This document shows, piece by piece, positions 39,371-52,572 of a stretch of DNA of 64,000 bases (its first letter is position 1; each line of letters begins with the position of its first letter). The position numbers and the translations under genes are program-made. Source of the stretch: Vicugna vicugna (Eukaryota); assembly GCA_013265495.1 (NCBI GenBank), contig MU058384.1, positions 5,018,792-5,082,791 on the forward strand. The letters run 5' to 3'. The notes beneath the pieces are model-generated. The model saw nothing but the letters and a program-made list of their open reading frames with translations. It did no database searches and was not told the DNA's origin.

Positions 39371-42300
39371 AAAATGTATGCATCAATGTGTTTTCCCTTT
39401 TCCCAAAATATTCAATCTCACCGAGTTTCCTGGTGACCAAGTTTCCATGACTAGACACTTCTACCTTCAGGTTTAGGCATGTTGGTTTTAGGAAACCCAG
39501 TTTAAAATCCAAAGATCTCACACCCTAAAAAGAAATAATACATTGACTTACACTTGGTCAATAACAGAAACATTTGAGACAATACTAGCATTTGAGGGTT
39601 CCCAGAACTATTATAAGTTCAGGACCTCAAAGAGGAAATCAAATGTTGTCATGCTTTGGCTTTACCCAAAACACTCAAATATAAAATATCAATATTATCT
39701 CATCAGCTCACTAAAATTCAGAGTCAGAAAACATTGCATCTAATTCATTGAAAGTTTCTATGTTTGCATTTTAAATGCACATAGGAATAGAAAGCTGTCT
39801 ATTAGTCTGCGTGGGAATTTTTCTAATAATATTCTTAAAGATGTGAGAGGTGAGATGTTATTCTAAAAATATAATAATAATAAAGATAACAGGAGGTTTT
39901 TCACTGGACTATAATCAAATTTCTAATTAGACTAAAGAAATAGGCAAAAACACACAATAACCAACAAAACAGAACTATTAAAAAGCAAAACAAAACAAGT
40001 GTTTTAGTTAAATTCTTAAATTCTTGAGTAGAGTAAGTAACAAGAAAGGGAGGAAGGAGGAAAGGAAGGAAAGAGGGGAAAAAGGAAGGATAACTTTTAT
40101 TCCTGCCTCCTAGTATGATAGTAAAATGGTAAAATCAAGTCAAGGTCAGGTAGACGTGAGAAAAGTCAGGTGAGGAGCAATTAATTATCCATATACTAAG
40201 TAATGACAGAGATCCTAATTTACTATAATTAAAAAAAATTTTGAGTCCCTGAGAATAGCAGAGTACCCTAACCAATATATCAAAGAAAAGTATTCTTGTT
40301 TGAAGCTGTGTGTGTAGATTTGGTTTCTGAGGTTGGAGGGTGGGGGCTTGCAGAAAAAATTAGGCAATGTGGCTTTTCAGGGCTGGACTTTGTAAACTTA
40401 AAAATGTTCCCACCTTAGACTTGTTTTATTAGATTTTAGAGGACCAGTTTCTCATGTGAAATTTGTCATAATTAAATTAGAGTGCCTTATTAAAGTATTA
40501 ATGCATCTACAGAAAACAATCTTCATATTCAGTTACAGGCTACTGGACTTAGCCAATGGCTTCTACAAGTAAAACTATAATACAATATATTCACAGATAA
40601 CTAAATAAAGACTCCGGGGCAAGAAAATAGGGGAATCTGGGAAATGGTAGGTAGACAGAGTAAGGAGAGAAGTCTTCCTCCCTACTAGTATGCAAAATTG
40701 ATTCTAATATTTGAAGCAAAGAAGAATTATATTCCCAATTTTAAACATATCGTTTGAGAATGAGTCATGACAATATGTGTAATCTCAATTTTAAAATAAT
40801 GGCTAAAGTAAATGAAACCTTTCTCAGGATTTACCAATGTTTCAGGCAAATTGACAGTTTCTCTCTTTGTCCTCATGTAATAAAGCCTAAAAACACTTGT
40901 TAGACAATTTTTTGTCTGGAGCTTAAAAATATGTTTCTTCTTTTCATCTTGTGGCTAATGTTTTCCTATTATCAAGACTTTGCATGCTTTTAACACCCAC
41001 CCAGCCCCATCACATTATTTTTTTTTGGGTGAGCTCTGAGTGACAAGTACATTGATACAACTGAATCATCCTTCTGCAGGCATGTCTTCGTTATCAGATT
41101 GGTTTTCAAGTAGATTTGTACATTTTAAAAGTGCATCCGTTGAACAAGATTAGTCTTTGCAAGATACGACATTTATCCTAGCTATGGGTGATAGAACTTT
41201 ATACTTCAGACACGTGAAGCACTCTGGATAGTAAGCTGACATATTGTTAAGTAGTCCTTTATTTCTGGTTATCAGATTAATCCACCAAAATGAAGCTGAA
41301 AGAGTGTTATCATGAAAGTTTGTTAGGGCCAAGTTTCCACCCTCCTGTGATGCCAGGATTTTCCAATAACCAAGCCAAGTTAAGTCTTGCCTTAATATAA
41401 AAGAGAATTCAGAAAAGCTGACAACTGAGAGGTGAAGTAAAGAAGCAAGCAGAAGTTGATGTTTTCTTGGATTTCTATGGTGAGTCTAAAAAACATTCTG
41501 AGGAGGACCGTGCAAAAGTTGAAAGTTGCTTTCCATCATGAAATTTTCAGAAAGATGCCACCTTGCTAAATATGAATAATGATATTAACTTATATTCCTT
41601 AATCATGAGGATCCATAAACATATATTACTAACATAATAAAAACATACATTGCTAACATAATAAAGATCCAAAACGTTGTTGCTGGGAAAATTGTTAACA
41701 ACCTAAATTTAAAAAGTCTTTTTTGAAGGATGTAAAGAATTTGATGACTTTTAAAAAGCTAAGACTCACATTCTACCACGTAGTAAAATGATGTGAACAA
41801 CTCCAGACATGATTTATTAGCTTTTCAGGAAATGAAGTTTGACTTCCCTCAATTAAACAGCAGTGGGTTTAGGTAGGGAGAGAAATTATTTGACTTGAAA
41901 TTTGACCAGAATGTGGAGATATTAACATACCTTCCTCTTGAAGTAGTGTGTAATCTTTAATAAATACAAATGTGTTAAGGGCTTAGATTTTTACTGATTT
42001 TCCAGAAAATAATTCCCTTTTGCTTGATGAGGAAACAAAACCATTATGTATAAATTCTGCAGGCCTTTTGGAAAGTTCTCTCCCTCACCTTTACACAAAT
42101 TCCTCACATTTCCCTTTCATCCATTTCTCCCAACTTCTCACCTTCTTTCCCATCCACTCCCACATATTCCTTTGGTATATATTGTGCAAAATATATGATC
42201 AAGGATTTAGCCCACATCCTGATCTTCTCCCACCTAAATTACTATATTTACAAAGTCAGTGGGTGCCTGACTTACTTTTAGCACTGAGTCAACAGTCATC

Positions 42301-45132
42301 ACCCCCACTCCTCTAAAGCATCACAGATTCTCTGATTTGTCTCCTTTCCCTTCCAGTTAATCTGTCATTGTATTTTTGGTTCAAGGCCTCATTATCCTGA
42401 AGGTCAAAATGCTTTACTGTATCTGGCTAAATCTCTTTACTGATCTTGTCTTTTCCTGTTCCATACTCTCTTCTGCTTAAACCCCATTAAAATCTCTATT
42501 ACATTTCCAATGCTTAGCTTTCTTTCAGTCTCTATTATTCGCTTTAAATGTTTTCTTGCCTTAGCTTATTATCTGATTAAAAATTGATCAACAGACCAGA
42601 GTTGCATGAGCTTTAGAAAGGACATCTAGTGCAATCTCTTCCCAAATGAAGATATATTCTTTAAATTTTCTCAATAGAATGCTTCCCATAATGTAAAATT
42701 CACTCTCTCTTAAGGTACTCCGTTCCACTGTTAGAAAACTTTGCTTAAATTGTCCTAGTATTCAACTGAAATTTCTTTGTAAAGCTTACCCTTCTAGGGT
42801 AACACAAAATAAATTGATTCTATTACCCACTGGGTAGTTCTTAATATATTTGATAATAGCAGTTATATCTTCCTTTGGTCTCCCCTTCTCTAGGCTAATT
42901 GATCATAAGCCTTTCAATCATTTTTCCCTAAAGCATGGTATTCATTCTCTTACACCATCTTGGTCCATAACTCCCTCTCAGTCTTCATGTCCTCTGGATA
43001 TGATCATCCTATTACCATGGTTCCCTTTCATTGACTTCCCAGAAAGCATTTATCTCAATATTAACATTTATTTGATTATTTAACATAACTTTTGCATCTT
43101 ATCTAATGTCCAAACTTGTATATATTGCTTATAAACAAGTTTAGAACAGGGACTATGTTGTTTCTAGCATTGCACTTATATAACATACATTAAAAGACAG
43201 AGAAATGGGCAAGTTTTTCAATTCTAAAATAATTACCAAGATAGATACCAAGATGAGACATCTCAAACTGCTTTCTACACGTGGAAATCAGCATCTGTCA
43301 TATAGCTTATTATTTGCTATAATCTATACAGAGTTCCTTACAGAGTGATCAGGTCATATCAGCATTAAACATTAAAACTAGCACCTTGCTCCTATTTTCA
43401 GATCTGGTAAAGAACACTGTAAATGTACTTTCTTCTTTTACATTCAAAGATGACAGATGCTGATATTGCTGTAATTCAAGAATCAAGGAAATAATAAACT
43501 GGGAGGAAACTAATGGGTCATGTAGTACAATCTGTTTAAAAAGAAACAAACAAATGAAGGTAAAATGAGTTACTGGAAGACACAGTTAATCTTGATTAGT
43601 AAACTAGACAAGAGCCAGAGCTCCTAAATGATAATCAGTTATTCGTTCTCTTACACCAAGTTGCTTCTTAAAAGAAAGCAAAATAAAGGAGTTTTTCCAT
43701 GTATTTCTTCTTGACAAAGTTTTCTCTAGCCACTTCTTATATTGATAAATGAATTACTGTACTTCAGCTCCCTGAGACACACATTAAATCCCGGAAATGT
43801 GCTATGATGTGCATGACTGTGGAGTTTAGTTCTACCGCAGCTCAGAATGATCTAGATCTTTCTAAATTCCCCATTTGTGACCTTTCTAGAGTGCCTGTCC
43901 TAAGGTATATCAATGATTTAAATATCTCTCCCTCTGAGATACTCTCCCCCTAGACATCAGTCCGACTCCCAAAAGGTTCTTTACCTGAAGTAGAAAAAGC
44001 CAGCAAACAGGCAGTCTTTCTGTGGACAAGGAGTTCAGAATTCATCAAGCGAATACCCCTGGGTCATGGCTGAGAGGAAGAAAGAGGGGCCAATATAAAG
44101 GCCAGCCTATATCTGGCTCTTCTTATGTTCGCCAAACTGATTTTTTTTTAAATCATAATTTCCAATATTATTTTCCTCTCAAATTTTTTACTGTTTTCTC
44201 TTTCTGATTGACTATCAATGGCTATGAGTTACTTATGCTTACCTATACATTAAAACAGCTGTGTGTTTACTAATATGTTCTGAGTGAGGGAAAAACATTC
44301 TCACCTTTTCCATGGTCTAAATATCTGGACGGGAACAATTAATTTTTAAGGATTTTACTGAAGTTTTAAAAATGTTCTTATAGAAAATATTGTGTGTTTT
44401 ATTTAATTTGATGAACACTGTTTTAGTGACATAGATCATTATACCTTGCTTAATTTCTTACTCCCTTTCTCTTTTACTACTCAAAAAAATGACTTATGGA
44501 ACAAATAGTCCTTAGGAAAAGTCTGAATCAATTATCAGCACAATCAAAACATAATAACATTGTAATAATATTTAAAAGAAATCATAAATGACCCACATTA
44601 ATATTATTTTGGAAAGGGATATTTTATCAAAAGTTTCTTTGTTGAGTTGTGGTTTTTAAAAAAAGCATAAATCTTTGAATAAAATATTTGTTCCCTAAAA
44701 CTTTTCAGGCGATTAATGTGTTGGGTAACATGTTAAAGAGTGGAGACTACGGAATTTCATAACATACATTTTCCAGTTAGAAAATCAAGTCCTTGTTACA
44801 CTAGCTTTCCTGAGTAATTTCAGTATGAAATATCAATGGAATTGAATAAAAAGATCTTTTGTGATTATTCACAGAATACCTAGGAGGCAGTTTTCAGAAT
44901 TGTGGCTAGTGATCAAAAAAAAAAAAAAAAACCCAAACCAAAACCTCACTTAAAACAGACTTTCTAAACTTTTATTCTTTGTCATAAAAATGATCATAAT
45001 AGATAGTGTTGAACATTAACTACCATTAATATTTTTATGAATTATGAGTCTGTAGGTACATGGAATTCTTTATTTAAATATGGCAGTATTTATTGCTATC
45101 TCCCTTTGAAATATTTTTGGGTTAACAATTAT

Positions 45133-45654
45133 TCTGGTTATCTGTTGCTACCTATCAAATTACTGCCAAATTTATTGGCTTAAAACCAAAAAAACCCATT
45201 TATTTTTGTTCATATATCTGTAATATGAGTAGGATTGATTAGGACAGTAGGTTTTCTCTATTCCAAGGCATATGGAAGGCTGGGGTCTGGGATCATCTGA
45301 AGCCTCATGGTTGTGGATGCCGGCTATCATCTGGGATCTAAACTAAGGCTGATGCAGGAACATCTACACATGGCCTCTCCGTGTGGCTGTTTGGCTTCTT
45401 TACAATACGTGGCTAAGTTCCAAGAATGAGCATCCCAAGAGGATTGGATGGTGGGTGGAAGCTGTATCATCTCGTACGGCAGCATAGAAGATGCATAGTG
45501 TTGCTTCCACTGTAGTCACTGATCAACCCGGTTTTAAGTGGGGACATATAACCTCATATCTCTCAGCGGAGGAGTGCCAGCATTGCATAGTAAGGAAAGC
45601 ACATTGGATAGAATACACTGTTGTAGACATCTCAGGAAAATATAACCTACCACA
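45133..45654. mobile_element. Old MaLR LTR (MLT1-type)
   Basis: ggttatctgttgct...ggcttaaaac...tacacatggcctctccgtgtggct...ggaaaatataacctaccaca. Confidence 0.7.
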
Positions 45655-46889
45655 ACAGTGATGGGAAATCATTAGGACTAATTGCTGCTCAATGCTCTAC
45701 TTGAAAAGATTAATGCCTATTCTATTTATCTAAATGCAAACATGGCTATAAACCTTCTAGTCATATCAACCTGATTATGTATGTTTCAACCAGAGTCAAA
45801 GTAACTCTTGCTTACTTAAATCATACCCTAGAATCACAAATCAGTATGTAAGAAAAATAAGGAGAATATGACTAATCATATTGAAACTTTTCCTGGTTCA
45901 AGTAAAAATGATGAGCCAAAAGTCTCCTAAATTATCTGTGGCCCAATCACATAGAAAGTTAATCAGTATCAAGTGGTCACTTCTCAGTGCCATTTTTTTC
46001 AAAACTGCTAACAGATTTTATGGGATTGTCTGCAAAATCTATGATCCAATATATAGGCAACATTGTTGCATGACTTTCCCATATCCCAGTTTTCCAAGAT
46101 GATCCAACACCTCCAGTCTTATACACATATCGAGATGAGGAAGAAAAAAGTGCTTCCCTTCTGCTTTTCCCATTTTCCAACTTGTCTCTCTTAAGAAATT
46201 CTAAAAAGAGTTATCCCACATGGCTTAAATGGTTTTGATAGAAATTATTTTACTCTTGCCTTCTAAGAGTTTCTCCTGATTTAGTTTCCTAAATAACATA
46301 TACCTCCATACCCCCTCCTCTGCCTTTTCAAAGAAAACAGTGCATGACAAGGCAAGGAAGGGAAATTCCTCCAACAGCTCACTGTTCTAAATGACTTCTA
46401 ATGACAGCCTATTTTATCTTTTCAAACTCTACCTTTTATGTTTGTACTTTTTCTGATTTAAATTTGATTTGCAAATTTTCTTTGCTTTGAATTTTCCCTT
46501 GGGATTAGAAATGCTTTGCCCTTTGATTTGTTATTAATAGTCTGTTGGTGCCTTGGAGCATTTTGTACTGTGAATACACCTCTTTCCCACAGCTAAGGAG
46601 CGGTATATGTCCCTCAACTAAATGTACATAGGCAGCATTCAAGATGATACACACAAATTGACAGTTTATAGAACTAGAAGAAGTTGTGCATATGTTAGCA
46701 ATGTATGTCCAGCAAGCCTGAATTGAGACCAGGATGGGCAAATAAGCATTTCATCTCTTCACTGAAGTATTCCCACTCAACATTCTCTTATCCAACTTTC
46801 TTCAATTTTCCAATCTGAACTAATGCATTTCCCTTGGTCATTCTTTTTCAGACAATACAACAATCAAACCACATGATGCTACTTTTCTT

Positions 46890-48688
46890 TTTCTTTTAAT
46901 TCTTATTTTTTATAGAAGTGTAGTTGATTTACAATGTTAGTTTCAGGTGTACAGCAAAGTGATTCAGTTATACATATATATACATGCATATATATATTTC
47001 AGTTTCTTTTCCACACAGCTCATTATAAGAAATTGAATATAGTTCCCTGTGCTATTCAGTAGATCCCTGATGTTTGTCAATTTTATATATAGTAATGCAT
47101 GTCTGTTAATTCCAAACTTCTAATCTATCTAACCCCCACCCCTTGCCCCCCTGTTAACTACAGTCTGTTTTCTATGTCTGTGAGTCTAGTTCTGGTTAGC
47201 AGATAAAATTTGTAGTTTTTTTTAGATTTCACATATACGTGACATCATATGTTATTTGTATTTTTCTGTCTGACTTACTTCACTTAATATGATAATCTCT
47301 AGGTCCATCCATGTTGTTTCAAATGGTATTATTTCATTCATTTTATGACTGAGTAGTATTCATTCATTCATATATATTCATATATATGTGTGTGTGTGTA
47401 TATATATATACCCCACAACTTCTTTATCCAGTCATCTGTCAGTGGGCATTTAGATTGTTTCCATGTCTTGGCTATTGTAAATAGTTCTACTTGTGAACAC
47501 TGAGGTGTATGTGTCTCTTCAAATTACAGTTTTCTCTGGATATATGCCCAGGAGTGGGATTGCTGGATCATATGGGTAAGTCTTTTTTTAGCTTTTAAGA
47601 AACCTCCATACTGTCTTTCACAATGGCTGCACCAATTTAATTCCCACCAACAGTATAGGAGGTTTCCTTTTTCTCCACATCCTCTCCAGCATTTATTATT
47701 TGCAAACTTTTTAGTGATGGCCATTCTGACTAGTGTGAGGTGATATCTCATTGCAGTTTTTATTTGCATTTCTCTAATAATTAGTGAAATTGAGTATCTT
47801 TTCCTGTGCTTGTTGGCCATCTGGATGTCTTCTTTGGAGAAATGTCTATTTAGGTCTTCTGCCCATTTTTTGTTTGGGCTGCTTGTTTGTTGATATTAAG
47901 CTTAATGAGTTGTTTGTATATTTGGAAACTAGTCTCTTGTTGATTGCATCATTTGCAGATATTTTTCTCCCATTCTCTAGGTTGTCTTTTAGTTCTATTG
48001 ATTGCTTCTTTTGCTGTGCAAAAGCTTTTAAGTTTAATTAGGTCCTGTTTCTTTATTTTTGCTTTTATTTCCATTATTCTACCAACTGGTTCAAAAAAAT
48101 ATTGCTGCAATTTGTGTTGAAGCGTGTTCTGTCTATGTTTTCCTCTGGGAGTTTTAGAGTATCTGGTCTTATATTTAGGTCTTTAATCCATCTTGAGTTT
48201 ATTTCTGTATATGGTGTTAGAGAATGTTGTAATTTCATTCTTTTACATGTAGCTGTCCAGTTTTCCCAGCCTTCTTTATTGAAGAGATTGTCTTTTATCC
48301 AGTGAGTATTCTAGCCTCCTTTGTTTTAGATTAATTGACCATAAATGTGTGGGTTTATTTTTGGACTATCTATCCTGTTCCATTGATCTATGTGTCCTTT
48401 TTTGTACCAGTACCATACTCTTTTAATTACTGTAGCTTTGAAGTGTAGTTTGAAATCAGGGAGTGTGATTCCCCCAGCTCCGCTCTTCTTTCTCAAGATT
48501 GTTTTGGCTATTTCGGTCTTTTGTGTTTCCATACAAATTTTAACATTTTTTTTGTTCCAGTTCTGCAAAGTATGTCATTGGTAATTTGATAAAGATTGCA
48601 TATGAATCTGCATATTGCCTTGGGTAGTACAGCCATTTTAACAATATTAATTCTTCCAATCCACTACCTTTCTATCTGTTTGTATATA
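46890..48688 (-). mobile_element. ~1.8 kb 5'-truncated L1 (ORF2 3' part + 3' UTR), frameshifted
   Basis: ORFs 47524..47820(-) and 48326..48568(-) are L1 ORF2 pieces ([24 protein letters not shown]...WYWYK). Probable TSD atg(c/t)tact(t/c)ttctt (46876-46889 / 48689-48702). Confidence 0.92.
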
Positions 48689-49303
48689 ATGTTACTCTTC
48701 TTATTTGGTATTTTCCCCACCACCTCTATGTTATTCCTTGTCTAAGAAACTGTAGACTTATAAACTGCAACTGCTGATTGATGCTTGAAGGAGAGAAGTA
48801 AAATGGAAGAAGCTAGCACATTATTTCAGATAATTCATCCTTGACTCCTCTTCTCAAAGTAGATTCAGTTTGATGGGGTCTGTAGCATATTCAGTTTGGA
48901 CTCCTTTAAAAAGAGAAAAATGAAATGATTATAAAATTATTTTGAAAAGTAGATATGTATTTAGATTGAAAAAAAATCTCAAAAATAACAAATTTATTTG
49001 AAAAACTGACAAATACCACAATCATAAAATCCATAAAATAGCATAATACACCTGTGAACTGCCTATCACACTTCTATAATACTTTTCCCTACATTTTTAC
49101 CTGCATATGATTTGATCACTTCTTTCCTTCCCATGACAATAATTATGTGATATTTTCTGTAGAGAGAATAGGAAGATAATTCAATCTTTCTATTTGTGTA
49201 AAATTTAAAAAAAATTTTTAAAAGTCTACTGTGTGTCTGGCATCATGAATTACAAATATGAATTTATAGTTTGGTGAGTTCAGATTTCTTGAAAGCCTAC
49301 TTT

Positions 49304-49512
49304 ATTATATATATATGTGTGTGTGTGTATAATATATGTATATATTTATTGAGGTATAGTCAGTTTACAATGTTGTGTCAATTTCTGGTGTACAGCACAG
49401 TGCTTCAGTCATATAGGAATATACATATATTTGTTTTCATATTTCCTTTCACCATAAGTTACTACAAGATATTAAATATAGTTCCCTGTGCTATACAGTT
49501 TAAACTTGTTGT
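49304..49512 (-). mobile_element. Short L1 3'-end fragment
   Basis: Highly similar to 36720-36885. Confidence 0.8.
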
Positions 49513-50164
49513 TTGAAAATTTACTTCAAATTGTGATTTGTTGGCATTTTCAACATTCTTTCAACATGTAACTGTCAAATGCATTTATGCTTTATGGTGG
49601 AATTCTACAGGTCTAATTAAAGGCATCATCCCTGTTAAGAGGCAATGAAGTATACATATTGACTATCAAATATAACTACAAAATAATTTCATATAAAATG
49701 TTTGAGTACTAACAGAATAATCATTGTGGAATAAATTTTTATAAAAATCTTGAAGTTGTCTAAAAAAAGTTGTAGGCGTGGAGTGAAAAAAAGGATTGGG
49801 TGTGATGGGAAATAAACAAACAAATAAATACATAAAATACTACAACTATGTTCAATATCTTGCAATAACCTTTAATAAAAAATGAGAAAACAAAAAAAAA
49901 TACCCCAGAGATAATCTTGTATGAACCCCTTATATATTTGTGGGAAATTAGGGTCCACAGAAAGCAAGTTACTTGCTCAAGAGTCCATAACCACTACAGA
50001 TTAAACAACTTTCAGCTGCAGCAAAAAGAAATCAATCATTTATCATGCATTTCAAAGTATATCCAATGTGATTTGTTAAAACTGAATACTAGCTAGATCA
50101 ATGTCACTGATTGTATAGAGAACCAGTGTATGGAAGGCAGCTAAAGGAACCTATATTATATAGC

Positions 50165-50870
50165 AGTATGTTAGTTTCAGGTGTACAATGTAACTATTCA
50201 ATATTTGCATATTTGCAAAATGATCACCACACTAAGTCTAGTTAACATTTGTCACTATACATAATTACAAAATTTCTTTCCTTTTAATGAGAACTTTCAG
50301 CAACTTCCAAATATATGATACAGTATTATTAACTGTAGTTGCCGTGCTGTACATTACATCCCCAGGAGTTATTTATTTCATAACTGGAAGTTTGTACCTT
50401 CACCCATTCCACCCTGTTCCCTCCCACCCCCAATCAATCTGTTCTCTTTATCTATTAGCTTTTTTTAAAAAAAAGTTCCACATATAAGTGAGATAATACA
50501 GCATTTGTCTTTCTCTATCTGATTTATTCCACTTAGCATAATGCCCTCAAAATCCATCCACATCACAAATGGCAAGATTTCATTCTTTTTTATGGCTGAA
50601 TAATACTCCATTAAATAGCTATATCACATTTTCTTTATCCATTCAACCATTGATGAATATTTAGGTTGCTTCCATGTCTTGGCTATTGTAAATAGTGCTG
50701 CTAGGAACATTGGGGTGCATGTATATATATATTTTTAAATCCATTTATCAGTTAACGGACATTACAGTTGTGCCTATCTTTTGACAACCGTGAATAATAT
50801 AAAAATGTGAACAACTTTTTGTGTGAACAGGTGTTTCATTTCTTTTGAGTATATACAAGAAAAGACTTGT
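50165..50870 (-). mobile_element. Older L1 3' fragments (two juxtaposed pieces)
   Basis: L1 3' UTR/ORF2-end motifs (ttttttatggctgaataatactcc; ttccatgtcttggctattgtaaatagtgctgct), followed by a second, more diverged piece. Confidence 0.75.
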
Positions 50871-51019
50871 AATCTAGAAATTTCTACCCTCAGCCTATAT
50901 TTCCAAATTATCCACTCTCCTTTCTCATTCCTTAAAGTTTCTCTTTCCAAAATCCTATTGGTATATGTCTCCAAAGTTATGAAATTCTTCTACATTGCAA
51001 ATATATTTATTTTATATGT

Positions 51020-51590
51020 TATAAATTTATTCAACAATTACTCAACAAAATGTATTTTATCTATTCCAGTTTTGTACTAGCCACTATAATGGATGCTGGA
51101 GATACAAAATTAGGTAAAGGATGTCCTGCTTTTGAGGAATTTGTATCTAGTTGGGGAGATGGAGAAGGATAGATACAAACATAGAGAATTAGAATATTAT
51201 TAATATGTGTTATAGCAAAGACAGCCAGACAGAACTTTGAGTGTCCAGAGTAGGGGTACTTGTTCTGTCAGAGTCATGGAAGATATCACAAAATGTGTGA
51301 TGCTACTAGGGATCTCCTGAGTAATATAAGAGGGCATGAACTTTGAAGGGTGTTCTAGGCAGAAGGAATAACATGTGCAAATGTCCTAGGGCAGAAAAAG
51401 CATGAAATCCTAAAAGTAGGAACTATGACATACAGTGCCTCAGGTAGGGCGGTGCAGTGGTGGCAGGTAAGGTACAAAACCAGGCAGCAGTGAAATCACA
51501 AAGGATGCCGATGTCTTTCTAAGGATTTAAACTTATTTTGTAAGTAATGTGGCTCCATTGAAAGATTTTAAATTGGAGGATTAGTTATTT
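51020..51590 (-). mobile_element. L2 remnant
   Basis: ttctaggcagaaggaataacatgtgcaaatgtcc; ggctccattgaaagattttaa. Confidence 0.55.
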
Positions 51591-52136
51591 CTAGAACACT
51601 TAGAACAACATGAACCTCGAAAAAGTTAATCTTATAAAGAACTCTTGAACCATATTTATTATTGTATTTCATGACAAAGTGCTTGACAGTCAGATAGCCC
51701 AGGATTGGTAGTTGAAAAAAACCTACCTATGTAGGAAGCAGGTTTTGCCCGGGCATTATTGTTTTGCTGGTATTCCCCATTGAATGTAGTTCATATCTAA
51801 ATATAGAACACTTTGACTTCTATTTTATTCTTGTAGGAAATTATTCTGCCTTATAAAGTTCATGACTCCACCTTTGCTTTTCAAAGTTTTGATATGTTCT
51901 GCATTAAGCTCTATAATACCACACAGAAATTAAAAAAAATCACCTACTGAATTTCTTTGAAGATGTGATTCAGCTTCCCTGAACACCTTCTTGTTTGTTT
52001 AGTTACACTGTCAATGCTTCTGTCAAACACGGAATCCTTGGATGGCCTCAAGCTTTTTAGGGGCAAAGCTTTGCCTTGATGAGGAAACTATTCACTGGAT
52101 CTTGCCAATTTTCACTCAGTTAAATGTATACCTTTA

Positions 52137-52165
52137 AAAAAGAGAGAGAGAGAAGGAAGGAAGGA

Positions 52166-52205
<40 letters not shown>

Positions 52206-52303
52206 GAGAAAGAAAGAAAGAAAGAAAGAAAAAGGAAGGAAGGAAGAAAGAAAGAAAAAGAAAGAAAAGAAGAGAAAAGAAGGAAGAAAGAAAGATGGGA
52301 GGG
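52137..52303. repeat. Compound (GA)/(AAGG)/(AAAG)n polypurine microsatellite
   Basis: Directly visible, almost purine-only on the + strand. Confidence 0.95.
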
Positions 52304-52450
52304 AAGTCAGGGGAAATTCCACAGAGGAGAGTAAGAATATCAATAGCTCAGACAGAGGGTTACATGACTAATATAGAAGATCAGGAGGAAAATTAAGTCA
52401 CCTGTTTATAGATTTTACAGATATTTGATGATAATAATCAAGATGAATAG

Positions 52451-52572
52451 GAGGAGGGTATAGCTCAGTGGCAGAGTGCATGCCTAGCATGCATAAGATC
52501 CTGGGTTCAATACCCAGTATCTTCATTAAATAAATAAATAAACCTAAATATCCCTCCCCCGCAAACCCCAAA
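52451..52572 (+). mobile_element. tRNA-derived SINE (Vic-1-like, camelid)
   Basis: GGGTATAGCTCAGTGGCAGAGTGCATGCCTAGCATGCATAAGATCCTGGGTTCAATACCC with A/B boxes and an (AAAT)n tail. TSD aagatga(a/g)tag (52440-52450 / 52573-52583). Confidence 0.85.

Noticed and set aside
36983..48568. ORFs with recognisable protein motifs at 36983, 47524 and 48326
   Set aside because: Broken L1 ORF2 remnants, not host genes or intact elements.
52124..52396. Lys/Glu/Arg-rich ORF and its Phe/Leu/Ser-rich antisense ORF
   Set aside because: Translation of the (AAAG)n microsatellite.
52455..52525. Possible tRNA gene (also 32300-32371)
   Set aside because: A-rich tails, target-site duplications and divergence indicate SINE copies.
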